Source: a virus (Duplodnaviria > Caudoviricetes). From it: DNA of 24,768 nucleotides. Positions 11,901 to 19,022 of this stretch are shown here, one piece after another; the first letter of the stretch is position 1, and each line of letters opens with the position of its first letter. Where the stretch lies: the IMG/VR virus record IMGVR_UViG_3300027627_000027, positions 1 through 24,768 of that record; one strand, written 5' to 3'. The notes beneath the pieces were generated by a model that saw nothing but the letters and a program-made list of their open reading frames with translations, was not told the DNA's origin and did no database searches. Position numbers and translations under genes: made by a program.

Positions 11901-12691
11901 AGAAGTTTCAGTGTCAACAAAATATAATTTAGATCCATTATCAATATGATCCATCGAAGTTCTAAGCGTTGGGTTGTCTATTCGTCTTTGATACTCTAGT
12001 GCGGAGCGAAGGTTACTTGTTCCGAATTCCGTAAGACCTTTTTGGATCCATGAACATTCCCTCTTCGGCTGTAGGATCAATGCTTAAAGTGGAGCTATCA
12101 AGAATATCTAGAATTGGAGAATATTCTCCAGATCTATCCGTTACATATCTTGCCGTTCTTCTTCCAAGCGCATTATTAGAAGGAAGATAAATTCCAGGTA
12201 CTCCGAGCTCCTTTTACCAACGCTTCTAATTGTAAAACATTTGTTTGTAATTGTGCTTTCAATTCACGTCTCACTGTCAAATTTGATATCAGCTGCAAGT
12301 TTATATCTGCTTCTGGATCTAATGCTCTCTGTAACTTAAGTCTTGTGGCCTTAGGCAAGCGTAACCCGCCATCAATCTCTTGTTGTAACTCTTCTGCTAC
12401 AGCTCTCCTATACTCTGCATCAAAAGCACTATATCGCGCAAGCTGCTCTTCTGGTGTCCCCAATCCACTTGCCCTAAGCGTCTCTTGAGTCAGCGGAGAT
12501 CTAAGATTTCTTGTTACAGCTCTTTTGTAATATTTTTCTCTCTCGATTGGTGTGCCATCTGTCCCAAAAATTTGTTTACCAAGATTTTCAAAAGTATCAT
12601 ATAAACTTTTGAGCGGCCTCAAAGGTGGCTGGTTGGTGGCCGAAATAGAATCATCATATAATCTAGCTGCTTCGTCAAGAGGATCTATCAT
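8926..12691 (-). CDS. large protein, 1253 aa if four +1 shifts are read, with a DEDD/DnaQ-like 3'-5' exonuclease domain; putative virion protein
   Basis: Segments of 162, 60, 311, 494 and 227 codons joined at CGG 12205, 12024, 11090 and 9607. Motifs LYFVDTETSG, FVAYNAKFD and SHIDEVD. Hydrophobic segment AAIAVGALSAGYYIA near the C-terminus. Confidence 0.75.
9604..9607 (-). other. +1 frame-change site (TTA CGGC GGT; tandem CGG CGG)
   Basis: First in-frame CGG after 494 codons; the joined protein reads GGLSEQL-G-GTGGVAAK. The second CGG (9604-9602) would work equally well. Confidence 0.7.
11087..11090 (-). other. +1 frame-change site (GAT CGGA ATT)
   Basis: Joined protein reads EMLTTD-G-IQLRDSEVDFGLDPEL. 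Confidence 0.75.
12021..12024 (-). other. +1 frame-change site (ATT CGGA ACA)
   Basis: The old frame stops three codons later (CGG AAC AAG TAA). Joined protein reads KRSYGI-G-TSNLRSALEY. Confidence 0.75.
12202..12205 (-). other. +1 frame-change site (GCT CGGA GTA)
   Basis: Approximately 35-nt window bounded by TAA 12216-12214 and TAA 12178-12176. Joined protein reads LVKGA-G-VPGIYLPSNN. Confidence 0.75.
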
Positions 12692-12697
12692 AAAAAA

Positions 12698-13420
12698 TTA
12701 ATTTTCCTTTGGTTCTACTGCCTCTGAATCAATTATGTAGTCGTCTAATTCGGCAGTTCCTAATTTTTGTTTAATTAATTTTTCTCTAGCAGTTTCTATT
12801 GATTGAACTTTTCCAATAATATCAGATATTGCCTGAGCAGTATCAAGTTGAACTTGACCTACTTTAGCTTTTGCTTCTCTTGTTGCCAATAATTGGTTTC
12901 GTAAATCTCTTCTTCTTTTATGAAGCTTATCTTCTAGTTCTACTGCCAAATGTAATTCTTTTTTAAAGATTGGGTTTCCATCTTTGTCTATGCCAATAAT
13001 GTTTTCTTGAATGAAATGTTCTTTAGCTAAAAGTTTAGATTTTCTAAGATATTGAACTTCCTGATCAACCAAATCTCTAATCATTGAAACTTCAACTAAA
13101 TTGTTTGGATTTACTTCGAGCTGCTCCATGTACTCCATAGTAAATTGTGCTACCATACCCATCTCTATGGGACATGGGTTACCTTTTGGCGCAAGATTTT
13201 CTTTCAGCAAAGGACACGTGCTTGCAAAAATACATTTCTCGGCTTCACAATTCATTGGAATTGATGAAAACATAGCAGTTCTTGTTTTTTGAGGCCTTAT
13301 TAAATCTACGGCTTTTTCTACCTCATCTTCAGTCCATGTTTCTGGAAAAAACAAATCTGGTCTTAATGACTCAAACTGCTTCATGAAATTATTCTTATTA
13401 GATTTTTCAATTTCAGACAT
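12698..13420 (-). CDS. phage protein, 240 aa, Cys cluster plus coiled coil; possible terminase small subunit
   Basis: CEAEKCIFASTC...CPIE metal-binding cluster and long helical C-terminus, upstream of terL in the same operon. The small-subunit call is speculative. Confidence 0.6.
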   Translation of the reverse strand: MSEIEKSNKNNFMKQFESLRPDLFFPETWTEDEVEKAVDLIRPQKTRTAMFSSIPMNCEAEKCIFASTCPLLKENLAPKGNPCPIEMGMVAQFTMEYMEQLEVNPNNLVEVSMIRDLVDQEVQYLRKSKLLAKEHFIQENIIGIDKDGNPIFKKELHLAVELEDKLHKRRRDLRNQLLATREAKAKVGQVQLDTAQAISDIIGKVQSIETAREKLIKQKLGTAELDDYIIDSEAVEPKEN

Positions 13421-13429
13421 TTTTATACA

Positions 13430-13840
13430 CTAATACTCTGATAGAATTTCATTTAAACTTTTTTGAAGTTTATCTATTATATCGTTAGTTGCTCCTGCCT
13501 GCGTAAAAAATCCTACTTCTCTCATTTCGTCTGCCGTTAGAGTTGCATTGATTATGTACCTTGCTCCCTTGCATATTTCGCAGTAAGTTTCTTTTTCTTG
13601 CGAAGAACAAATGCATGGATCTATGATAGAAAAAGATTGTAGTGCTTCTGCAATTTCATACCATCTGTTTTTGAACAGTTTTTTAGTTTGTTCTTTATAT
13701 GCTCTTAATTTTGCTTGATCTTCAGATAAAAGAGTGCCCATATCCAAAGACTGTTTCATTAGGTCCATAATTGTTCTATATAAAAAATTGGGCAGCTCAA
13801 AGTCACCGTTAGTGTTAATAAATGTTTTCCAATTGTTCAT
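13430..13840 (-). CDS. hypothetical protein with CxC...CxxC zinc-binding motif, 136 aa
   Basis: PCICSSQEKETYCEICKG; tight spacing with neighbours. Confidence 0.75.
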   Translation of the reverse strand: MNNWKTFINTNGDFELPNFLYRTIMDLMKQSLDMGTLLSEDQAKLRAYKEQTKKLFKNRWYEIAEALQSFSIIDPCICSSQEKETYCEICKGARYIINATLTADEMREVGFFTQAGATNDIIDKLQKSLNEILSEY

Positions 13841-13854
13841 AGATATATTATACC

Positions 13855-14218
13855 CTAAGCAGATCGCCCAATTCCTGGAGGAGCTGACATTGTTGGTTGA
13901 CGAGGAGGATTATATGCTCCACTTGATCTATTTGATGATGCCATTGATATCCCAGAAGCTCCCATTATACCATAGCCAAAAGTATTTCTTCCCCTTCTTT
14001 CAAGATCTCTGCGACCTTCAAGTTGCCTATATGCAGCTGCAGATCTTCTTGATGACATAGTTCCGTCTCATGCCTACGGGGACACCTCGAGGTGACATAA
14101 TTTGATCCATAGCCTGTTTGGTGCTTGCTATTGAAGCCCTACCCTTGGGAGTGGCGCCACCTATAGCAGCAAACATATCTCCAGCAAAACGCCCAATTCC
14201 CGATCTAATACCTGGCAT
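13855..14218 (-). CDS. small basic Gly/Arg-rich protein, 120 aa if the +1 shift at CGG 14065 is read
   Basis: Track ORFs 14027-14218 and 13855-14058 join as PRGVPVGMR-G-TMSSRRSAAAY. AGGGGG upstream of ATG 14218. Confidence 0.7.
14062..14065 (-). other. +1 frame-change site (AGA CGGA ACT)
   Basis: The new frame has a TGA two codons upstream; the old frame stops at 14029-14027. Confidence 0.7.
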
Positions 14219-14228
14219 TTATATCCCC

Positions 14229-14477
14229 CTAATGGTTATACATTCCAGTCGGTCTTCCTACAGTTTTATCAAGACCAGATCTTCTTCTATTGGCCACCAT
14301 TCCTGCACCAGAAAAAAGACCTGCACCAATCATTGCTGGTTTTTTTGCAACAGAAGCTGCGGCACCAATGCCACCAGTTCTATACGCTGATCTAACTGGA
14401 GCAAGCAACCCTGAAGCTCTTGTTGTTGCGCCGCTTAGCATTCCTGCAGCACGGGACGTCATATGTCTTGTTGGCAT
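14229..14477 (-). CDS. small basic Ala/Gly-rich protein, 82 aa
   Basis: AAGGTGG ribosome-binding site; composition matches the neighbouring basic proteins. Confidence 0.7.
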   Translation of the reverse strand: MPTRHMTSRAAGMLSGATTRASGLLAPVRSAYRTGGIGAAASVAKKPAMIGAGLFSGAGMVANRRRSGLDKTVGRPTGMYNH

Positions 14478-14527
14478 AAAACCACCTTTACTTTTTTTTA
14501 AAAAACTCTAGATAGGTATATAGTAGC

Positions 14528-16019
14528 TTAATTTTCTTTTAATGAACTTGTTTTCTTTTTTGGTTTTTTAACATTAAAATTAAATTTATCGTCTTCAAAG
14601 GTCATTTCAAAAACACTTCCCCTAGGAATTAAAGTATTGATGATACTATCTGCTATCGGTGACTCTATCTGCTCTCTTCTAATTTGGGCCAAGCCTCTTG
14701 CCCCCTTAATGCTATCTATTCCTTTGTTTATTAATCCATCTATAACATCTTGGGTGTACTCAAAAAGATAGCCTTTTTTGTTTAATTTTTCTGCTATAAC
14801 AGCCATTTCTAATCGTGCAATTGTATTGCTGTCTGATTCTGATAAATAATTAAATACAACTATTTTATCAAGTCTGTTTAAAAATTCTGGTTTGAAATGT
14901 TTTCTAATTGCTTCATTGGTGTTTTTTTCTAGCGTTGATCTTTCTGGAATTTTTTTAGTTGAAGTCTTGTATGCAATATCTTTATTAAATCCAGTTCCAC
15001 CAGCAAGCAAATGATCAGTTGTTTTGTCATTACCAAGATTAGTGGTTAAAATTATTATTGTATTTTTAAAACTAACCACTTCTCCTTTTGCATCTGTTAG
15101 AACTCCATTATCAAACACCCTTAAAAATGTACTCCACAAATCTGGATGAGCTTTTTCTACTTCATCTAACAAAACTACACTAGATGGATATTGTTTTATT
15201 TGGTTAACCAACTGACCACCCTCATCATGACCCACATAACCTGGGGGGGAGCCAATGAGTTTTTGATTTTCGTGTTTATGTTGAAATTCGCCACAATCGA
15301 TTCTAACCATGGGGTAATCTTCACCAAATAAATATTTGTGTAGAACTGCCGCAAGGTGTGTTTTTCCCACTCCCGAGGATCCAGCAAACATGAAAACACC
15401 CAATGGCCTGTCAGGATCAGATAAGCCTGCTTGAGATCTTGTAAGAGAAGAAACGATATTGTGAATCGCATCGTCTTGACCGAATAACATTCGTCTTTAG
15501 GTGGTTATCTAAGGCCAAATATTTTTGTTTTGAAATTTGTTTTATTTTTATCTTTTTGGTTTGTTTGGAGTTCAAATCAAAAGGAAAATCATTCATATCA
15601 ATTTTAGGAAACTTCTTATTGGACTTTCGCATATTTTTTAAAGATGCAAGCCAATCAAGTTCTTTGTCAGAAAAATCATCATCATCTTTTAATGAACTAA
15701 TATCCTCAATTAGCCCCGTGTACGCAATGCTCAGCCACAGGTCTATGTCTAACCCTGGGTTAAGCATCAGGCATCCGTTGAATAGTGCATCCAGACAGGT
15801 TTCTGCTGCTTCTCTGCTCATCATCCTAAGAGAATCTGTTACGTCAGACTTTAGATTGAATACGAATGTTTCTACAACTTTTTTTCTAAAAATATTAAAA
15901 TCAGAATTTTTATTTTCTTTTTTATGGGAGACAACAAACTGTTCAATTTGTTCTGGTTCGAGCACTTTAAATTTGGCATAGGATGCCAACTCAGGAATAT
16001 AGATTTGATACAATTTCAT
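14528..16019 (-). CDS. Clp/Hsp100-type ATPase with a single AAA+ module (ClpA/B/C NBD2-like), 496 aa if the +1 shift at CGG 15482 is read
   Basis: Joined NVI-G-QDDAI, RPLGVFMFAGSSGVGKT, KLIGSPPGYVG, VVLLDEVEKAHP, FKPEFLNRLD, GARGL. GAGGG upstream of ATG 16019. Confidence 0.85.
15479..15482 (-). other. +1 frame-change site (ATT CGGT CAA)
   Basis: Removing the C restores the conserved Clp motif V-I-G-Q-D. Confidence 0.8.
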
Positions 16020-16146
16020 AAACCCTCAATTCTATTCATATAATAAATAGTAATCTTTAATTGAGTTTTATGACCGAAACTTAAAGTATTTGGCTACACA
16101 AGTATTATTAAACTTATTAGTCTTTTTTATAGGATGCTGGATATCC

Positions 16147-16175
16147 AGTATACACATGTTGTCAAGTCTTGTCAA
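16147..16175 (-). promoter_or_regulatory. near-consensus sigma70 promoter upstream of the Clp ATPase gene
   Basis: TTGACA (16175-16170), 17-nt spacer, TATACT (16152-16147). The spacer carries a second ACTTGACAA copy. Confidence 0.7.
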
Positions 16176-16176
16176 G

Positions 16177-16332
16177 TTATCTTTTGCGCAAATCTTCGAT
16201 AGCAGGATGTGCCTCTAGGCATGGTCCAAAAACCGACCAAATGGTGATAAGGTCTATCGGATAAACGATTCTATTTTTTAGCAAAAACATTGCACGCATG
16301 TAATCTGGGTTGTTGTCTATTTTTCTATTCAT
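16177..16332 (-). CDS. small hypothetical protein, 51 aa (MNRKIDNNPDYMRAMFLLKNRIVYP...)
   Basis: Below the ORF-track cutoff; GAAGGGA upstream of the ATG; TAA at 16179-16177. Confidence 0.5.
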   Translation of the reverse strand: MNRKIDNNPDYMRAMFLLKNRIVYPIDLITIWSVFGPCLEAHPAIEDLRKR

Positions 16333-16426
16333 TTATTGTCCCTTCAGATCTAGACGTACAGTATATCCTTATGTGGTCGATAATGTGTGTTACTATTGAG
16401 CGTAATGGGAAAATTTGTTGGATTTC

Positions 16427-16435
16427 TGATATAAT
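16427..16435 (+). promoter_or_regulatory. extended -10 element
   Basis: TGaTATAAT about 40 nt before ATG 16476; no clear -35. Confidence 0.45.
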
Positions 16436-16475
16436 ATTAGATAAATATTAGTAGCAAAATATACAGAGGAGATTT

Positions 16476-16721
16476 ATGATGAATGATGAATTTGACCCAA
16501 AGGCTTTTTGGGAACAACATTGGGAGCAAGAAAGGCGTGATAGAGATTTGCTTAGCGAAAAAACAAAAGAACAAAAGTCTAATATCGTACAATTTCCTCT
16601 GGCTTTAAAGTTCCAGTTAGATATTGATGCGATAGAGGATAGACTAATGTCAATTTCGGTGCTTCTTGATGACGTGATGTTTGAGATGAAAGAACTTAAA
16701 CGACGTTTGGGTTCTCGATAA
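16476..16721 (+). CDS. hypothetical coiled-coil protein, 81 aa
   Basis: AGAGGAG ribosome-binding site; helical C-terminus. Confidence 0.7.
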   Translation: MMNDEFDPKAFWEQHWEQERRDRDLLSEKTKEQKSNIVQFPLALKFQLDIDAIEDRLMSISVLLDDVMFEMKELKRRLGSR

Positions 16722-16765
16722 TATCTTATTGTTAAAAACAGATTACTATATTGAAAAAGTCGCCG

Positions 16766-16795
16766 CCGAAAAAATTTCGGGTAGATTTTTTTTTA
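16766..16795 (+). terminator. possible intrinsic terminator
   Basis: CCGAAA-AAA-TTTCGG hairpin followed after 5 nt by a T run; the stem is weak. Confidence 0.3.
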
Positions 16796-16832
16796 ATTAT
16801 TTTTTAGTGGTTAGGATAGGGAGTTTGGGGAC

Positions 16833-17126
16833 ATGGATAGATTCTTCAAGTTGATTCAAGATTTTCTTGAGTCGAGAAAGAATGCTTCTGAGCCGCAACT
16901 AGATTTTGAGTTTGAAGAAGTGGACAATTTGGGTAATATGATGGTTACGATTCATACCGAGGATGACTATAGTTTTACTATGTCAATATTTGATGAGGAT
17001 CAGTGGATGATGGTGACTGACATCAGTAAGCTTTCTGAACAATCTGTTGAAGATGTTGTCCGCTCACTGGATGCCAGTTCACCAAACGTTATCCAATTCA
17101 CTAGGGATGATTTAAACCCCTATTAG
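16833..17126 (+). CDS. acidic hypothetical protein, 97 aa
   Basis: AGGGAG/GGGG upstream of the ATG; its stop overlaps the stop of the convergent gene. Confidence 0.7.
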   Translation: MDRFFKLIQDFLESRKNASEPQLDFEFEEVDNLGNMMVTIHTEDDYSFTMSIFDEDQWMMVTDISKLSEQSVEDVVRSLDASSPNVIQFTRDDLNPY

Positions 17127-17689
17127 TTTAGTTGTATGATTTCGGTGTTTGTTTTTGTAAGGTAATTAACTTTGTAGAAGTCATAGATCAAGAAAGACGC
17201 TATGGTTAGCGATATCTTGGATGACATGTATGCTGGTAGTTTACTTGGTACAAACTCAAGTATCTTTGACCACTTTGACCACTTTGCCACATTGTCAACC
17301 AAATTGGGTTTCGTGACGATATTATAAAACACGCACGTCTTTGACATGGACTTGTAGGTTTCGTACGGTTCAGTGTTGTTGACCAGTACGGCCGCACTAA
17401 ACTTGATCTTGGCTTGTTTTTCTAACAAGGGCAAAATCGCACAATCACTTCCATAGCCCACAAACACAAAGTGCTGTATGTCTTTACCTTTTATGCTTGA
17501 ACGTAAGGGCTTTGCTATGTTCATTGCTAACTTTTCTATATCCTTTGTAGAGGATGAATCAAAGCTAGCCATATAGTGATCGTCGGATAGTTGTCCTAGT
17601 AGGGAATTATTTAATCTCCAAGGAGCTTGTGTTCTCAAAAACTTCTCAGAGCATATCAGGTAGTTGTTAGGCATTGTGTGAGTGTTCAT
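17123..17689 (-). CDS. hypothetical protein, about 188 aa, possibly a degenerate alpha/beta-hydrolase fold
   Basis: Start moved to ATG 17689 because the track start overlaps the next small gene. HFVFVGYGSDC...AAVLVN resembles a nucleophile elbow but lacks GxSxG. Confidence 0.55.
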   Translation of the reverse strand: MNTHTMPNNYLICSEKFLRTQAPWRLNNSLLGQLSDDHYMASFDSSSTKDIEKLAMNIAKPLRSSIKGKDIQHFVFVGYGSDCAILPLLEKQAKIKFSAAVLVNNTEPYETYKSMSKTCVFYNIVTKPNLVDNVAKWSKWSKILEFVPSKLPAYMSSKISLTIASFLIYDFYKVNYLTKTNTEIIQLN

Positions 17690-17745
17690 TAGTGTGGTCT
17701 TTCTTTTTAGTTTGATGGTTTTTAAATTATATAAAATATTTTGTA

Positions 17746-17919
17746 TTAGTAGCTTTGGTCGTAACTGTAGTCGTCTGAATCCCAACTCGAATCTTGTCTG
17801 TTGTCACCTAGGTCGAAACCTCCGATTGAGTACGATTCTTGGAATTCACTCATTTCGTTCAGTGTATTTATCTCAGAGAGATCTCTTTCACTTATTGAGT
17901 AGTTTTTCTTTGGTGGCAT
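17746..17919 (-). CDS. small acidic protein, 57 aa (MPPKKNYSISERDLSEIN...DSDDYSYDQSY)
   Basis: AACCAACAATAAAGGAAACCAAAATG leader of the same style as the right-arm genes; below the track cutoff. Confidence 0.6.
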   Translation of the reverse strand: MPPKKNYSISERDLSEINTLNEMSEFQESYSIGGFDLGDNRQDSSWDSDDYSYDQSY

Positions 17920-18249
17920 TTTGGTTTCCTTTTATTGTTGGTTTATCTGACCTTTTGATCAGGTGGCAACACACTAGCGTGGGTGTGTAGAGAAAACAAC
18001 CTATATGGGATAAATTATAGGAAAAAATTTTTGAGACTTACGTCACCTATATAAACTTCTATAAAAGTCTAAGATATGAGAAATTAAAGGAAAAATATGT
18101 GAGGGGGTTCTATGGGATATTATTGCCTTTAACGAGGCTTTAACACGCCCACCCAGGGATGGGGGGTCCTCATCCACTAACATAAGGAGGAATGTATTAA
18201 CGCAAACCAAACAGGGGTCTTATACACCACCTGCGAAGAAGTAGTAGAA

Positions 18250-18561
18250 ATGTATGGGATTCATACCCCATATGCACAGGTAATTGGTAAGTTCATTTGC
18301 CATGACGGTAATGCTGTCTGGTTGGAGCTTGCAGGATGCGGTGCATCAGACAGTCACACATTCACACACAGGCACAGTACTCCCGAGTATATCACACAGA
18401 TGTACAAGGGTAAGATGGTTCGCCTTATGGGTGAGCGCTCATGGGATTACCGTGAGCAAATGTGGGGATACCGTTGGACATTGCATACAGTGAATGTATG
18501 GGATGACATGGTTAAGGATGCTACTCACAAGGTCCTTGCTATGTGCGGTACCAACTGTTAA
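18250..18561 (+). CDS. hypothetical protein, at least 103 aa (frame open from 18181; possible ATT start at 18196)
   Basis: First ORF of the right arm, directly followed by the repeat element. Confidence 0.65.
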   Translation: MYGIHTPYAQVIGKFICHDGNAVWLELAGCGASDSHTFTHRHSTPEYITQMYKGKMVRLMGERSWDYREQMWGYRWTLHTVNVWDDMVKDATHKVLAMCGTNC

Positions 18562-18573
18562 GTAATTAAAGGT

Positions 18574-18606
18574 AATCGACCTGGGCATGTCGTTAAACTA
18601 CCCATT
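18574..18606 (+). ncRNA. putative H-type pseudoknot cis element, copy 1
   Basis: CGAC/GTCG stem; loop TGGG pairs with downstream CCCA. Confidence 0.55.
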
Positions 18607-18633
18607 CAACAACCACAACCAAGGGAGAAAGCA

Positions 18634-18954
18634 ATGCGTAAGGAATCAGTCATTATAGATCATATCCCATACCCAAGTATGAAAGGAGGTGAAATGAAAC
18701 AGAACATCATCCTGAGCTTTTGGCTTGTGGTGCTGACAGTATTGTTGGTTCTTGCCGTTAATTGGCGCATGAACCAGCTCACTACTGTCGAGTGTGATGT
18801 GGACACAGTTGTTGCCGTGCATGGCGACACGCTGTGGGACATCGGCTACAAGCACTGCGGTGGCGAAAAAGCCAACATGGAAGAAGTTCGATATCAGCTG
18901 GTCAATCTGAATGGAAATGTTATTCAGCCTGGTCAACTCATCGTTCTTCCGTAA
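18634..18954 (+). CDS. membrane-anchored LysM protein (YneA/ChiZ-like architecture)
   Basis: Hydrophobic IILSFWLVVLTVLLVLAV and LysM VAVHGDTLWDIG...NGNVIQPGQLIVLP. A second start at ATG 18694 has AAGGAGGT. Confidence 0.8.
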   Translation: MRKESVIIDHIPYPSMKGGEMKQNIILSFWLVVLTVLLVLAVNWRMNQLTTVECDVDTVVAVHGDTLWDIGYKHCGGEKANMEEVRYQLVNLNGNVIQPGQLIVLP

Positions 18955-18960
18955 GTAAGT

Positions 18961-18993
18961 AATTGACCTGGGTACGTCATTAAACTGCCCATT
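18961..18993 (+). ncRNA. putative H-type pseudoknot cis element, copy 2
   Basis: TGAC/GTCA stem (covaries with copy 1); TGGGTA pairs with TGCCCA. Confidence 0.55.
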
Positions 18994-19022
18994 TAACAAC
19001 CAACAACAAAAGGAGAAAAGCA

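Noticed and set aside
8716-12691. Track ORFs treated as separate genes (starts at 8735, 9630, 11065, 12080)
   Set aside because: They mostly overlap out of frame, three use TTG or GTG starts, and the overlaps are explained by the CGG joins.
95-14527. CTACTA-type late promoter motif upstream of ATG 73 and ATG 14477
   Set aside because: Only two short, imperfect instances in AT-rich DNA; insufficient support.
1013-15981. Plus-strand ORFs over the left arm (1013, 4657, 4851, 5797, 7142, 7945, 8515, 8709, 11200, 13101, 13734, 14118, 14290, 15556)
   Set aside because: Antisense shadows of well-supported minus-strand genes, with no recognisable motifs.
3254-16019. Frame breaks as random sequencing indels or pseudogene decay
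   Set aside because: All eight are +1, none needs a homopolymer slip, each coincides with an in-frame CGG, no premature stops remain after correction, and the right arm shows no breaks. Disfavoured but not excluded without reads.
16020-18630. A tRNA or suppressor tRNA in the intergenic regions
   Set aside because: No cloverleaf with D and T loop signatures was found by eye; any such tRNA would lie outside this window.
18574-18993. The two 33-nt repeats as a CRISPR array or att sites
   Set aside because: Only two imperfect copies separated by a whole gene, with no cas or integrase gene in the window.
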